Positions 10,363 to 19,813 of a DNA stretch of 64,000 bases are shown one piece after another. Source of the stretch: Thermoplasmata archaeon (lineage in GTDB: Archaea; Thermoplasmatota; Thermoplasmata; Lutacidiplasmatales; UBA184). The notes beneath the pieces were generated by a model, which was given only the letters and a program-made list of their open reading frames with translations, did not search any database and had not been told where the DNA came from. Both the position numbers and the translations under genes were made by a program. Positions within the stretch are counted from its first letter, which is position 1, and the number at the start of each line of letters is the position of its first letter. Location of the stretch: the NCBI GenBank assembly GCA_028864975.1, contig JAGWLG010000009.1, positions 54,145 to 118,144 on the forward strand, in the 5' to 3' direction.

Positions 10363-12396
10363 ATGACCCTGCGAAGCACCTTGCCCTCGGGTGTGAAGGG
10401 TCCGGGTTCGTGGCGGATCACACTGGCCCCCGTGCTCTTGTCGGTGGTGCTCGTGCTGCTCTCGGGAGCCGCCTTCGGCGGAGGACCTGCACGTCTCCAC
10501 CCTGCTCCGGTCTCGGACTCCTCCGCCCTTCACCACCGCATCTCGAGCAGTGTCCGCCCGGGGACGTCCCCCACCCCACAGGACCGGGGCGCGTTCGCCG
10601 TGGGCCTGACCATCATGACCCCCGAGGGCCCGAACCAGCCCGCGACCCTTCCCGTGGGGGTGAAGGCCACGGCCACTCCGAGCGATCCCAACTGCACGTC
10701 CGGCTTCCAGTTCGCGTTCAATTGGGGTGACGGAACGCCGAACACGACGGACACGAACGGGACCGACAGTCACTACTACAGCACGGCGGTCGCCAACCTA
10801 TCCACGGTCGACGTCACCGTTCAGGTCACCGACTGCAGGGGGAAGACCGGTCAGGGATTCGACTCGCCCTTCTTCTATCCCCCGGTCACGGCGACGCTCT
10901 CCACCCAACTCGCGCCGGCCTCGACGCCGCTGATCGCTCGGAACGTGTCTTCCCTGCAGCTGAACCTGACGGTCTCCAACATCCAGGGAGGGGCGTTCGG
11001 TGCCGTCCCCCCGTACTTCGTCAATTGGACCTTCGGCGATGGTGGGAAGCTCCCACTCGTCCCGCTCTCCTCGGGAGCCAACGGGTTCGCCGACACGGAG
11101 GTGCATACCTTCCTCCGCCCCGCCTCGTGGTCCGGACCCGACATTTTTACCGTGAGGGCTTGGGTCACGGACCGAGCCAACGGGAATTTCACAACCTCGC
11201 TCGAGGTCCAGCTCAACGGGACCCCGGCCATCGCTCATCCCCCTTCCGGGCCGTTGCCAGCGCTCTACCTCTACGCGATCATCGGCGGTGTTGGGGCGGC
11301 CGTCGCGGTCGTCGCCGTCGTTCTGGTCCGTCGTCGGACCACGAGAAAGCTCGGTGGAAAGGCACCCGAGGAGGGAACGGGCGACGTCGCGGACGATGGC
11401 TCCGTGTCGACGAAGACGGGGAAGTCGACCCCGGCTTCCAGCTCAACGCTCTCGGCGGGTGACCGACCCCTAGCGTCGAAGGTGTCCGGGTCCACGGCCA
11501 TGCCCGGCGAGATGGGGTCGTCCGGTCCCCCTCTCGCCTCCGAGCCCTCCGTGAAGCCCTCGCCCGCGGTCGTGGGCAGGCCTTCCCGCGCGGCGGCGAC
11601 CTTCCCCTCCACCCCAGCCGTTTCCGATCCGGCCGCACCCGTTCCCTGCATCATCTGTGGTACACCCTTGCCATCGACCGATGCCCCATGCCCTCGCTGC
11701 TCTCCCGAACGCTCGAGGGGCGTTGAGGTGGCCCCGCCTTCCCCGATCGAAGCGAGCGGTTCGGGCCTGGGACCGTCCAGTCCTCCGCTTCCGGGGCTGG
11801 CGAACACCGGCTTGACGCCCCCTCCGCTCCAGGTCGCTGGACCGGCCGCTCCTCCGACCGCCCCCTCGTCTCCCGCCCCATTCCCCCCGACGGCTCGCCC
11901 CATGACCGCTCACCCGTCGATCTCGTACGCTCCGGTGGCCCCGATGCCGGAGATCGAGCCCTTGCCCCCGACACACGCCCCCGCAGGTCCCGAGCCCGGC
12001 GTCGACACGACCCCGGTCATGCCGCTCGCCCCCCGGCCGAAACCGGAGCGAGCTGCATCCGAGCCCGCTCAGGCTCCCGCGCCCGGACCTGCGACCCCTG
12101 GGGGATCGGCGACAGCTCCACCCGCCGCGCCGAAGGGTGGCGCACCGGCGGGGTCGGCCGCCCCCTTCCTCTTCCCCGTCTCTCATAAGGCCCTTTTCGA
12201 GACTTTGGTGACCAGTGCTCCGGCTCCCAGCCCGGGCGCGGAGCCACCGACCGCGCCCTCCACCTCCAGCCTCGAGGGCGTGACGTCGTCGATCCCCGCA
12301 GCGCCCCCGAGCTCGGTGGCCACGAACTGCATGGTCTGCGGCGGGCCCTTGCGAGAGGGCTATTGCGCCTCCTGCAAGATGAACTGGCGAGAGTGA
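10363..12396 (+). CDS. Membrane-anchored PKD-domain protein with Pro-rich cytoplasmic tail and two zinc ribbons
   Basis: N-terminal hydrophobic signal, FNWGDGT and WTFGDG PKD motifs, TM helix LYLYAIIGGVGAAVAVVAVVLV-RRR, CIIC..CPRC and CMVC..CASC. Confidence 0.8.
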   Translation: MTLRSTLPSGVKGPGSWRITLAPVLLSVVLVLLSGAAFGGGPARLHPAPVSDSSALHHRISSSVRPGTSPTPQDRGAFAVGLTIMTPEGPNQPATLPVGVKATATPSDPNCTSGFQFAFNWGDGTPNTTDTNGTDSHYYSTAVANLSTVDVTVQVTDCRGKTGQGFDSPFFYPPVTATLSTQLAPASTPLIARNVSSLQLNLTVSNIQGGAFGAVPPYFVNWTFGDGGKLPLVPLSSGANGFADTEVHTFLRPASWSGPDIFTVRAWVTDRANGNFTTSLEVQLNGTPAIAHPPSGPLPALYLYAIIGGVGAAVAVVAVVLVRRRTTRKLGGKAPEEGTGDVADDGSVSTKTGKSTPASSSTLSAGDRPLASKVSGSTAMPGEMGSSGPPLASEPSVKPSPAVVGRPSRAAATFPSTPAVSDPAAPVPCIICGTPLPSTDAPCPRCSPERSRGVEVAPPSPIEASGSGLGPSSPPLPGLANTGLTPPPLQVAGPAAPPTAPSSPAPFPPTARPMTAHPSISYAPVAPMPEIEPLPPTHAPAGPEPGVDTTPVMPLAPRPKPERAASEPAQAPAPGPATPGGSATAPPAAPKGGAPAGSAAPFLFPVSHKALFETLVTSAPAPSPGAEPPTAPSTSSLEGVTSSIPAAPPSSVATNCMVCGGPLREGYCASCKMNWRE

Positions 12397-12497
12397 CCTG
12401 CTCCCCCCGAACCCCTCTGGGATCGTAGGATCGCCACGAGGGGAGACCGCCCGAACTACGAGGAAGAGGTCGTCGGAGGAAACGCTCTTACCTTCCC

Positions 12498-14216
12498 GTG
12501 GTAACGGGTACCGTGGTCGGAGCGACCCTCGACCCCGAGCGCGGGATCCCTTCCCTCGAAGTGCCTCCGGGGGCCACTTCCGAGGAGAGGTCCTTTGCCG
12601 CCGTGGAACGCGAGGTGGTCGAGCACCTCTTCCGTCTCTCCCCCGGATTGGCGGTGGTCCTGGGGATCCACTCGTACGACGGGCTGCTTCCGGACCTCGG
12701 CAGGTCCAGCGTTGAGAACTGGGCCCGTCGAAGCCAGGAGCTCCTCGCGAAGCTTGGCGCCTTCGGAGACAAGGAGCTCTCCCGCGACCGTAAGCTCGAC
12801 CGGGACCTCCTCCGGCTCCGCCTGAGGAGCGAGCTCTTCGACCTGGTCGACTACCTCTACCTGGACCGGCTTCCTCTCGCCTACGTCGGGCCGCTCGAGC
12901 TCGTCCCCTACACGGCCCGCCCCTATGCTCCTGCCGCGCATCGGGCCGAGGCGATGGTGCGCGTGCTGCGAGGGGCCCCATCGCTGCTGCGCACGGGGCT
13001 TGAACGCCTCTCGCGTCCTCTCCCCGAGGCCTTCGTGAAGATCGCCCTCGCGATGGCCGAAGGTCTGGTCCCTCACTTCCGGGAGAGCGAGAGCTTTGTC
13101 CGGAACGAGGCCCCGTCGCTCTTGCGGGAATACCAAGCTGCGCGCGAGGGGGCCGAGGCTGCCGCCACTGGGTTCGTGGAGCATCTTCGAGGCTCCCTGC
13201 CCGGGGCGACGGGCGACTTCGCCCTCGGCCCCGAGCGTTTCCAGCGGTTGCTCAAGGTCCGGGAGGGGCTCGAACTGCCCTGGGCGGCGCTCGAAAAGGA
13301 AGGATGGGAGGACCTGCGCCGGAACCAGAGACGGTTGGAGGAGATCGCCCGCTCGGCCCGCCCCCCGACGACCAAGGAAGCGGTGCTCAAGGCGATGGCC
13401 GCGGACCACCCCCGGGCCGAGGACCTACTGAGCGAGGCTGCGGGCCAGGTCGAGGAGACCCGCAGGTTCGTCCTCGACAAGGAGCTTGTCACGATCCCGA
13501 CGCCCGAGCGATGTCGCGTGGAGCCGACCCCGCTCGTCGACCGGGCCTGGACCACGGCGAGCATGGACCCGCCCGGTCCCTTCGAGACCTCGACCCATGA
13601 AGGGGTCTACCACGTCACACCGGTCGAGGACTCCTGGGACGCCGAGAAGAAGGAGCAATGGCTCGCGTCGTTCAATCGACCGGTGCTTCGGAACGTGACC
13701 GCCCACGAGGTCTACCCCGGGCACTACGTCCAGTTCCTCCACTTCCGGGCCCACACCTCCACCCTCACCCGACGGGTCTACCTCTCGGGGGCTTTCACAG
13801 AGGGTTGGGCCCACTACACGGAGCAGCTCATGATCGAGCAGGGTTTCCGTGCGGGGGAGCCCGCGGCGGAGCTCGCGGAGCTTACCGACGCGCTCCTTCG
13901 TGACGTGAGGCTCCTCGCCTCGGTCGGAATGCACGCCAGGGGGACGACCGTGGCCCAGGCGACCACGCTCTTCGAGAAGGAGGCCCACATGGAGCACTTC
14001 CCCGCCGAGCGAGAGGCGATGCGGGGAACCTTCAACCCCGAGTACTTCGGTTACACACTGGGCAAGCTGGCGATCCTGAAGGCCCGTCGAGCCTACTTCG
14101 AGCGCCACCCAGGCTCCTCGCTCAAGAGCTTCCACGACCTCCTGCTCTCCTTCGGGGCCCCGCCGGTCGGCTTCCTCGAACCTCTGCTGCTGGGGACGGA
14201 GCTTCCTTCTCCGTGA
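12498..14216 (+). CDS. DUF885-family zincin-like protein
   Basis: AHEVYPGHY, FTEGWAHYTE and YTLGKLAI motifs. Confidence 0.88.
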   Translation: MVTGTVVGATLDPERGIPSLEVPPGATSEERSFAAVEREVVEHLFRLSPGLAVVLGIHSYDGLLPDLGRSSVENWARRSQELLAKLGAFGDKELSRDRKLDRDLLRLRLRSELFDLVDYLYLDRLPLAYVGPLELVPYTARPYAPAAHRAEAMVRVLRGAPSLLRTGLERLSRPLPEAFVKIALAMAEGLVPHFRESESFVRNEAPSLLREYQAAREGAEAAATGFVEHLRGSLPGATGDFALGPERFQRLLKVREGLELPWAALEKEGWEDLRRNQRRLEEIARSARPPTTKEAVLKAMAADHPRAEDLLSEAAGQVEETRRFVLDKELVTIPTPERCRVEPTPLVDRAWTTASMDPPGPFETSTHEGVYHVTPVEDSWDAEKKEQWLASFNRPVLRNVTAHEVYPGHYVQFLHFRAHTSTLTRRVYLSGAFTEGWAHYTEQLMIEQGFRAGEPAAELAELTDALLRDVRLLASVGMHARGTTVAQATTLFEKEAHMEHFPAEREAMRGTFNPEYFGYTLGKLAILKARRAYFERHPGSSLKSFHDLLLSFGAPPVGFLEPLLLGTELPSP

Positions 14217-14277
14217 ACCGATCAGGCCTCCACCGGAGCGGGGTGTGAGCGGACGAGACTGGGCCCCCCCACGTCCC

Positions 14278-15114
14278 ATGGGCGCGGCGTTCCGCCGACA
14301 CTACGAACGCCAGGCCGACGAGGCTCACCGCGTCCGCTCGGGAAGGAGCGTGATCGAGTTCGAACGCCAGAAGGAGATCCTCACACGCTTCCTCCCGCGC
14401 CCACCGGCCCGGGTCCTGGACATCGGGGGGGGACCCGGGGCGTACTCGCTCTGGCTGGCGCACCAAGGATACGAGGTCCACCTCCTCGATGTGATGGGGC
14501 TCCACATCGAGGAAGCGAAGCGGAGGGCCCAAGCGCAGCGGGTAGCGATCGACGCCACGGTCGGAGATGCCCGTGCACTTCCGTACCCGGACCGCTTCGC
14601 GGACGCGCTCCTCCTGATGGGCCCCCTCTACCATCTCACGGACCCTGCCGGTCGGAAGGCCGCCCTCCTCGAAGCGCGGCGGGTCCTTCGCCCGGGAGGG
14701 CTGCTCGCGACCGTCGGGATCTCGAGGTTCACCTCGATGCTGGACGGTAGCTGGCAGGGATTCATCCGCGACCCCAAGTTCCGACCGATCGTCTCCCGCG
14801 ACCTTCGGTCAGGACAGCACAGGAATCCTCCCGGTCATCCGTCCTACTTCACGACGGCGTACTTCCACCACCCCGAAGAGCTGCGGTCGGAGATCAAGGG
14901 GGCGGGCTTCCGCGACGTGCACGTGGTCGCCTCGGAAGGCTTCCTCTGGTGGACCCCCGGGATCCTGGAACTGTGGAAGGACACCCATCTACGGGAGTAC
15001 CTCAAGGGACTCCTCCGACGCGTCGAGGAGGAACCTTCGCTGATCGGTCTCGGCCCCCACCTGATGGGCCTCGCGCGGCGCCCAAGGCGCCGAGCGCTTC
15101 CTAGCGCACCATGA
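14278..15114 (+). CDS. Class I SAM-dependent methyltransferase
   Basis: VLDIGGGPG, VGDARALP, LLMGPLYHL. Confidence 0.88.
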   Translation: MGAAFRRHYERQADEAHRVRSGRSVIEFERQKEILTRFLPRPPARVLDIGGGPGAYSLWLAHQGYEVHLLDVMGLHIEEAKRRAQAQRVAIDATVGDARALPYPDRFADALLLMGPLYHLTDPAGRKAALLEARRVLRPGGLLATVGISRFTSMLDGSWQGFIRDPKFRPIVSRDLRSGQHRNPPGHPSYFTTAYFHHPEELRSEIKGAGFRDVHVVASEGFLWWTPGILELWKDTHLREYLKGLLRRVEEEPSLIGLGPHLMGLARRPRRRALPSAP

Positions 15115-15667
15115 GCCAGCAGTCGCGTGGGACCCCTTCGAAGACCTCGTGGCCCTCGAGCCTCCGCGCCTTGCGGAACCGGGCCTTCTCGAACGCGCGT
15201 ACCGATCGCGGGTTGTCGACGCGGGGGTCGGCCATCACCCGGTCCGCGTGCCGTTCGCGCTTCAGGAACTCGCAAAGGAGATCGATGCTCCTCGCGCCTA
15301 GACCCTGGCCCCAGAGGTCGGTCTCCCCGAGGAACAGGTCGATCCCGAAGGTCCGCTCCTCCGGAGCGAAACCGAAGCGAAGTGCATCCTCTCGCAGAAT
15401 GCGATAGAACTGGAGGAAGCCGACCGGCCGACCCGCGACCTCCAGGATGCACGGCTGGTACTCCTCGACCCGGGACGCCCCCGGGTCCGTCTCCCTCCCG
15501 AAGTAGTGCCGCCGGACCCCCTCCTCGTCCAAGGGCCGGTCGCGTCCCGAGTAGAACTGGATGACCTTGGGGTCGGAACGCCAGCGGGCGAGCATGCGGG
15601 TGTCCTCTTCCATGGCGGAGCGGATGCTCAGGTCGCCCGAGGAACAGATCAGGGTCAAGGCCGTCAT
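15101..15667 (-). CDS. GNAT acetyltransferase (AAC(6')-like subfamily)
   Basis: GIDLFLGETDLWGQGLG, DPRVDNPRSVRAFEKARF; start at ATG 15667. Confidence 0.85.
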   Translation of the reverse strand: MTALTLICSSGDLSIRSAMEEDTRMLARWRSDPKVIQFYSGRDRPLDEEGVRRHYFGRETDPGASRVEEYQPCILEVAGRPVGFLQFYRILREDALRFGFAPEERTFGIDLFLGETDLWGQGLGARSIDLLCEFLKRERHADRVMADPRVDNPRSVRAFEKARFRKARRLEGHEVFEGVPRDCWLMVR

Positions 15668-15769
15668 GCGCAGGAGCACGCTAGGCTTCTCGCTTTGGCT
15701 CTTCCGTTCGGTCCCCCCGGCACCACTGGACCGCCGGCCTTTATCCACCGGTCCTCGGTCGGGCCCACC

Positions 15770-16105
15770 ATGACGTGGGACCCTCAGACCTACTCCTTCG
15801 ACCGCTGCTCCTCCTGCGCCGCACCGGTGACCGAGCTTCTCGTGGTCCGGACCGGCGAGGTCGCGGACGACTGGCTCTGTGCGGGATGCGCGGGTCGGTT
15901 CCGGTCGGGGCTTGGCGCCCTCGGGGCGAACCAGGTGATCGCTTCCACCCCGCTCCGAGTGTCGGAGGACCCCCTTTGCCCCTACCACCAAGGCGCGGAG
16001 GCGAACGCCTGCAAGCTGCACCGATGGGGGAACCGTGTGTTCCTCACCAAGATGGCCCGGAAAGGTAGTGGTCGCAACGTGGGCCACTTTCCCGGGGTCC
16101 GCTGA
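15770..16105 (+). CDS. Small Cys/His-rich hypothetical protein
   Basis: CSSC, CAGC, CPYH, CKLH motifs; fills the intergenic gap. Confidence 0.5.
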   Translation: MTWDPQTYSFDRCSSCAAPVTELLVVRTGEVADDWLCAGCAGRFRSGLGALGANQVIASTPLRVSEDPLCPYHQGAEANACKLHRWGNRVFLTKMARKGSGRNVGHFPGVR

Positions 16106-16255
16106 CCAGGGGCTAACCCGGGGGGGTGAGACGACCCGCCGCTCTCGTGGATGCCGCCTCTGCACCGAACGAGAGCTCAGCCCAGCTCGAGACGCTGCGT
16201 CCTCCGCGCAAGCGAGGGGAGGGCGAGCACGCTCTGCCAGGAAGGGGGGGCGAGC

Positions 16256-16636
16256 TCAGCGCTTGCCCGCGGGCTTGGCGCCCGGCTTCGCGTAGTCCTT
16301 CATCCCCTGGATGTCGATCGAGACCACCGGCTCGTCCCCTACGACCCACGCGTCGTGCCCCGGGGGGATGAGGGCGACCTCGCCTGGGCGGATCTCCTGC
16401 TCCGTGCCATCGTCCATCTTCACGCGCAGGACCCCCGACACCTGGAAGGAGAGGTGAGGCATCTGGCAGCTTTTCGTCTTGGCGATGGGTTGCAGGTCCT
16501 TCGACCACTTCCATCCAGGCTGGAAGGTCGCACGTCCCAGGGTCAGCCCCCCGACGTTGACGATCTCGATCTTGCCGTTCGGTACGTTCCTCGCCTCGTG
16601 CGGGGCACTGAAGCTGTGCTTCTCGGGCTTCGCCAT
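16256..16636 (-). CDS. Cupin-domain protein
   Basis: FQPGWKWS, CQMPH, IPPGHDAWVVGDEP. Confidence 0.88.
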   Translation of the reverse strand: MAKPEKHSFSAPHEARNVPNGKIEIVNVGGLTLGRATFQPGWKWSKDLQPIAKTKSCQMPHLSFQVSGVLRVKMDDGTEQEIRPGEVALIPPGHDAWVVGDEPVVSIDIQGMKDYAKPGAKPAGKR

Positions 16637-16771
16637 GCCCAGCAGCAATCGTCTCACATATGAAACAATTTCGCGCCATGACCGTGACAGGCGGTTGGAG
16701 GCCTCCGCCGCTGCTCGCTGGGCTGGAACGCGGGACGGTTCTCTTGAGTCGGCGAAGGATGACCCCACGAG

Positions 16772-16783
16772 TGTCGGAGGAGG
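16772..16783. repeat. 12-bp direct repeat of the tRNA-Met 3' end (att-like)
   Basis: TGTCGGAGGAGG identical to 18802-18813. Confidence 0.7.
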
Positions 16784-16887
16784 TACCAGAATCCACGCGA
16801 GGGTGTTGATCCCGCGGCATCGTTGGGGTGGACAATCAGTCCAGCGGGCCGGCCATCTTTTGGGGAGGGGGCGGTGAGGGCCGCGGA

Positions 16888-17121
16888 CTAGCTCTCGAGA
16901 AGCTCTGCGAACTCCTCAGGTGAGACTCCCGCAATACGCAGGCAGGCGCGGAGCGTACCTCGCTTGAGGGGCCCTTCGTGGATCGGGATGACGACGAGCC
17001 CGAAAACACCTGGCTTGCTCATGATGTAGTGGCTCCCTGTTTGGCGTCGAAACACCCATCCGGCGCGTTGGAAACCGCGGATGGCCTCGCGAGGGGAGAT
17101 GTTACCGAGGTTTGTCCCCAA
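16888..17121 (-). CDS. hicA: HicA-family toxin (mRNA interferase)
   Basis: RQTGSHYIM, VIPIH, GTLRACLRIAG; TTG start abuts the hicB stop. Confidence 0.9.
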   Translation of the reverse strand: MGTNLGNISPREAIRGFQRAGWVFRRQTGSHYIMSKPGVFGLVVIPIHEGPLKRGTLRACLRIAGVSPEEFAELLES

Positions 17122-17385
17122 TCAGACCGCCGCTAACTCAACTCGGAAGGTTCGGACAGCCCGCCCGGCTTCCGAAGGCTTGCGGGGATGGGCCTGCTGG
17201 GCGAGTACCTCAAGATACCCCTCGATGGCGTCAGCGATGTTCTTACGGATTCCCGACAGATTCTCGGCTTGGGTCACGCAACCCGGCAACTCCGGTACTT
17301 CCGCCCAGTATCCGCCTTCTTCGGCCTTGTAGACCTTGACGGTGAATCCACTCCTCATCACACGGGGGACGCGGCGAATGGCCAT
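17122..17385 (-). CDS. hicB: HicB-family antitoxin (short form)
   Basis: EEGGYWAEVPELPGCVTQAENL..IADAIEGYLE. Confidence 0.9.
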   Translation of the reverse strand: MAIRRVPRVMRSGFTVKVYKAEEGGYWAEVPELPGCVTQAENLSGIRKNIADAIEGYLEVLAQQAHPRKPSEAGRAVRTFRVELAAV

Positions 17386-17644
17386 ATTGGTTCCGTCTGG
17401 GCTTGACCAGTGGCCACGACTCGTCGTTACGGTCGCGCGGGAGCCCTAGACCAGACCCTCAGCGGGTCCGCTTCGCTTTCGATCTTCGGGACCGCGCCAA
17501 CCTCGGGAGCCGCCTCAGCACTCTTGCGATAGCGAGCGCGGGGCCCTTCTGCCCGGCGGCGCGTTTGTCGCGCGAGGCATTCTTCTCGCGGGGTTGGGCC
17601 GAAGCGAGGTTGGCGGAAGGTCGGTGTTCCCTGCGTATAGCACG

Positions 17645-18619
17645 CTACGAGAGTCGGCCGGAAGAAGCGAGGACCCTAAGGGCGTTCAGCGTAATCATCT
17701 CGTTTCGCCCTTCCCGCCCCCAATCCACCACATCGGTGTTGGCCCCGGAACCCTTTCCCAAGCGCCAATAACGTCCCTCGATGTGCCAGGTACCGTCCTT
17801 CGCGCGCTTGGCCTCGACAATATCGAGAGCTTCCCGAGTCCTTGGGTCCCCCAGTTCTCCGACCTGATCGAGCACTCGAAGGGCCTGGAGCACGTCGTAG
17901 TGCCAGTAGAGTGGGTAGTGGAGTTTGACCCATCGCGGGTCAACTACCGCCTCCGCTCGGCAGGACTTGAACAGTCGATGCTTCAGGAAGAACTCGGCGG
18001 CCCGATCGACCGCTTCGCGAACGGACTCGTCGTTGGTAGCCTGTAGGTATCCGTTCAGCCCCCAGAGCGTGGCGAGACTCTCGTAGAAGGAGGAGTGATG
18101 GGCGTCCTCGGAAGGGTCGCAGTTCCACCCTCCGTCGGGCCACTGCCATCGGACGAGCCCATGCGCGATTCGTTGGACCGTCGGACCCTCCACCATACCC
18201 AATCGAGCGCATACGCCCAGAGGGTTGCCGACTACGGACGCATGAACTCTGAATCGTCCTCGGACCTGGTCTGGTTCTGTCCGAAGATACGGGAGCTGAG
18301 AGAGCACGAAGTTTGCCGCACGGTGGGCTGCTTCGTTCTCGGGAGGAACACCAAGCTCGACAGCGGAGACCAGTCGCCATGTCGCCCCGGCCCACTTCTT
18401 ATACCAATGCACGCCGAAGCCCCCGTCGACTCGCTGGCCCGAAAGAAGAGCACGGAGACGAGGTCCGCCAGGGATCTGCTCCTTCGCAGAGCGTACCTCG
18501 CCAAGCCGTTCAGTCTCCCCGAGAACCTGCGTGCGAGTGAAGTAACGAACCGAGGGGTCCTTCGACTGGAGGAGCCACCGGACTCCCGGATCGTTTCTAA
18601 GCATCTCCGTGATCGTCAT
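17645..18619 (-). CDS. Prenyltransferase/squalene-cyclase-repeat (alpha/alpha toroid) protein
   Basis: QRVDGGFG and QWPDGGWNC QW-like repeats, LHYPLYWHYDVLQALRVL. Confidence 0.75.
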   Translation of the reverse strand: MTITEMLRNDPGVRWLLQSKDPSVRYFTRTQVLGETERLGEVRSAKEQIPGGPRLRALLSGQRVDGGFGVHWYKKWAGATWRLVSAVELGVPPENEAAHRAANFVLSQLPYLRTEPDQVRGRFRVHASVVGNPLGVCARLGMVEGPTVQRIAHGLVRWQWPDGGWNCDPSEDAHHSSFYESLATLWGLNGYLQATNDESVREAVDRAAEFFLKHRLFKSCRAEAVVDPRWVKLHYPLYWHYDVLQALRVLDQVGELGDPRTREALDIVEAKRAKDGTWHIEGRYWRLGKGSGANTDVVDWGREGRNEMITLNALRVLASSGRLS

Positions 18620-18801
18620 TCGGGATGCGATACTTCAGCCACGTCGTCATGATCTTGGAATCTCCGTGCATTCGTCCGCCATCGCCAGGGCAGGCTTCTT
18701 CCCGCGGGCGTCGATTCGTCCGATGCGTGAAGGCCCTCAATGCCCTAACCTCTGAACTTCAGAGACATGACCAGAATACTGACGGGATTACGAAAATCGT
18801 A

Positions 18802-18906
18802 TGTCGGAGGAGGGATTTGAACCCTCGGCCCCAGGATCTCTCCGGCCCCTCGCGTGAACGAAGGGCCCTATGAGTCCCGTGCTCTACCAGGCTGAGCCAC
18901 TCCGAC
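18802..18906 (-). tRNA. tRNA-Met(CAT), elongator, with 31-nt intron at 37/38 (18838-18868)
   Basis: GTCGGAG/CTCCGAC acceptor stem, CGGGA-CTCATA-intron-A-TCCTG anticodon arm, GAGGG-TTCAAAT-CCCTC T arm, relaxed BHB. Confidence 0.92.
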
Positions 18907-18945
18907 GTATTGCGCTGGACGCGCCGACACGGACCGGGCTATAAC

Positions 18946-19686
18946 TCATGCCGGCGGCGCGGCGACAGGGGGCGAGGTCTCGGGGGCGGGGACCTCCTGC
19001 GGTCCCTCCGGGGCACCCTGCGCCGGGGTCGGCTCCGCCGGAGCGGGCGGGGCCTCGGGAATCGGGCCCTTCACCTCGCTCGCACGGATCTCGATCTTCT
19101 TGAGAGGATAGAGGGGACGGAGCCCGTTCGACAGGGCCTTTCCCAGCTCCCCGTCCAGCATGTCACGGACCAGGTCCGCGGCCACCTTCTGCGACGCGAC
19201 CTGGGTCAAGAGCTCCCGCATCTTCATCCGCATCCGGGAACGGAGCTTCGCCTGGAGACGGTGCTCGCTCACCGCGACGGGCTTCAAGGTGATCTCGACC
19301 CCATCCTTGCTGACGACCGTGATCGAAAGGTCGATCTTCGAACGCTTGCGGCGGGCGAGCCGGCGGATGTAGTCCGAGGTGAGCTCGTGGCCGACGAACC
19401 GAGCGTTCGCCACATGCTCCTGGGCGTTCGCTTCCTCGATCGCGAAACGGAGCTTGATGTGGGCCCGGGCCACGTCGGTCCCGCCCGAGAGCTCCGAGAG
19501 GGTCGTCTCGAGGGAGCGTCCGATGATGGCTTCGGGCTCGGTCGCGAGGGTCTCTCCGAGCTCCACGTGCTGGAAGAGCCCGGGGGCGCGGACCTTGAAC
19601 CAGACCTTGGACCGCCACTTGTCCTTGACCGTACGTGCGAGGGTGGTCTTCTTCTTCTCGCCGCCGCCCTCTTCCGCCGGGGACAT
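18946..19686 (-). CDS. rps3ae: 30S ribosomal protein S3Ae (eS1)
   Basis: KDKWRSKVWFKVRAP, GHELTSDYIRRLARRKRSKID, IYPLKKIEIR-like C-terminus. Confidence 0.96.
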   Translation of the reverse strand: MSPAEEGGGEKKKTTLARTVKDKWRSKVWFKVRAPGLFQHVELGETLATEPEAIIGRSLETTLSELSGGTDVARAHIKLRFAIEEANAQEHVANARFVGHELTSDYIRRLARRKRSKIDLSITVVSKDGVEITLKPVAVSEHRLQAKLRSRMRMKMRELLTQVASQKVAADLVRDMLDGELGKALSNGLRPLYPLKKIEIRASEVKGPIPEAPPAPAEPTPAQGAPEGPQEVPAPETSPPVAAPPA

Positions 19687-19813
19687 GGGTGGAAGCGGGC
19701 CAGACGGGTTCCTTCATAAGTCTTGTCGAGAAGGAGGGGACCGGTCGGAGCCCACGTCCCGCGCCTGAGGGCGGCCTCCAAAGCTAATTAGGGACCCTCC
19801 AACTGCCGCGCCC

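Larger units (their letters stand above)
16772..18813. mobile_element. Putative tRNA-Met-anchored mini genomic islet (no integrase inside)
   Basis: Bounded by 12-bp direct repeats, carries hicBA and an accessory gene, looks less GC-rich than flanks. Confidence 0.5.
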
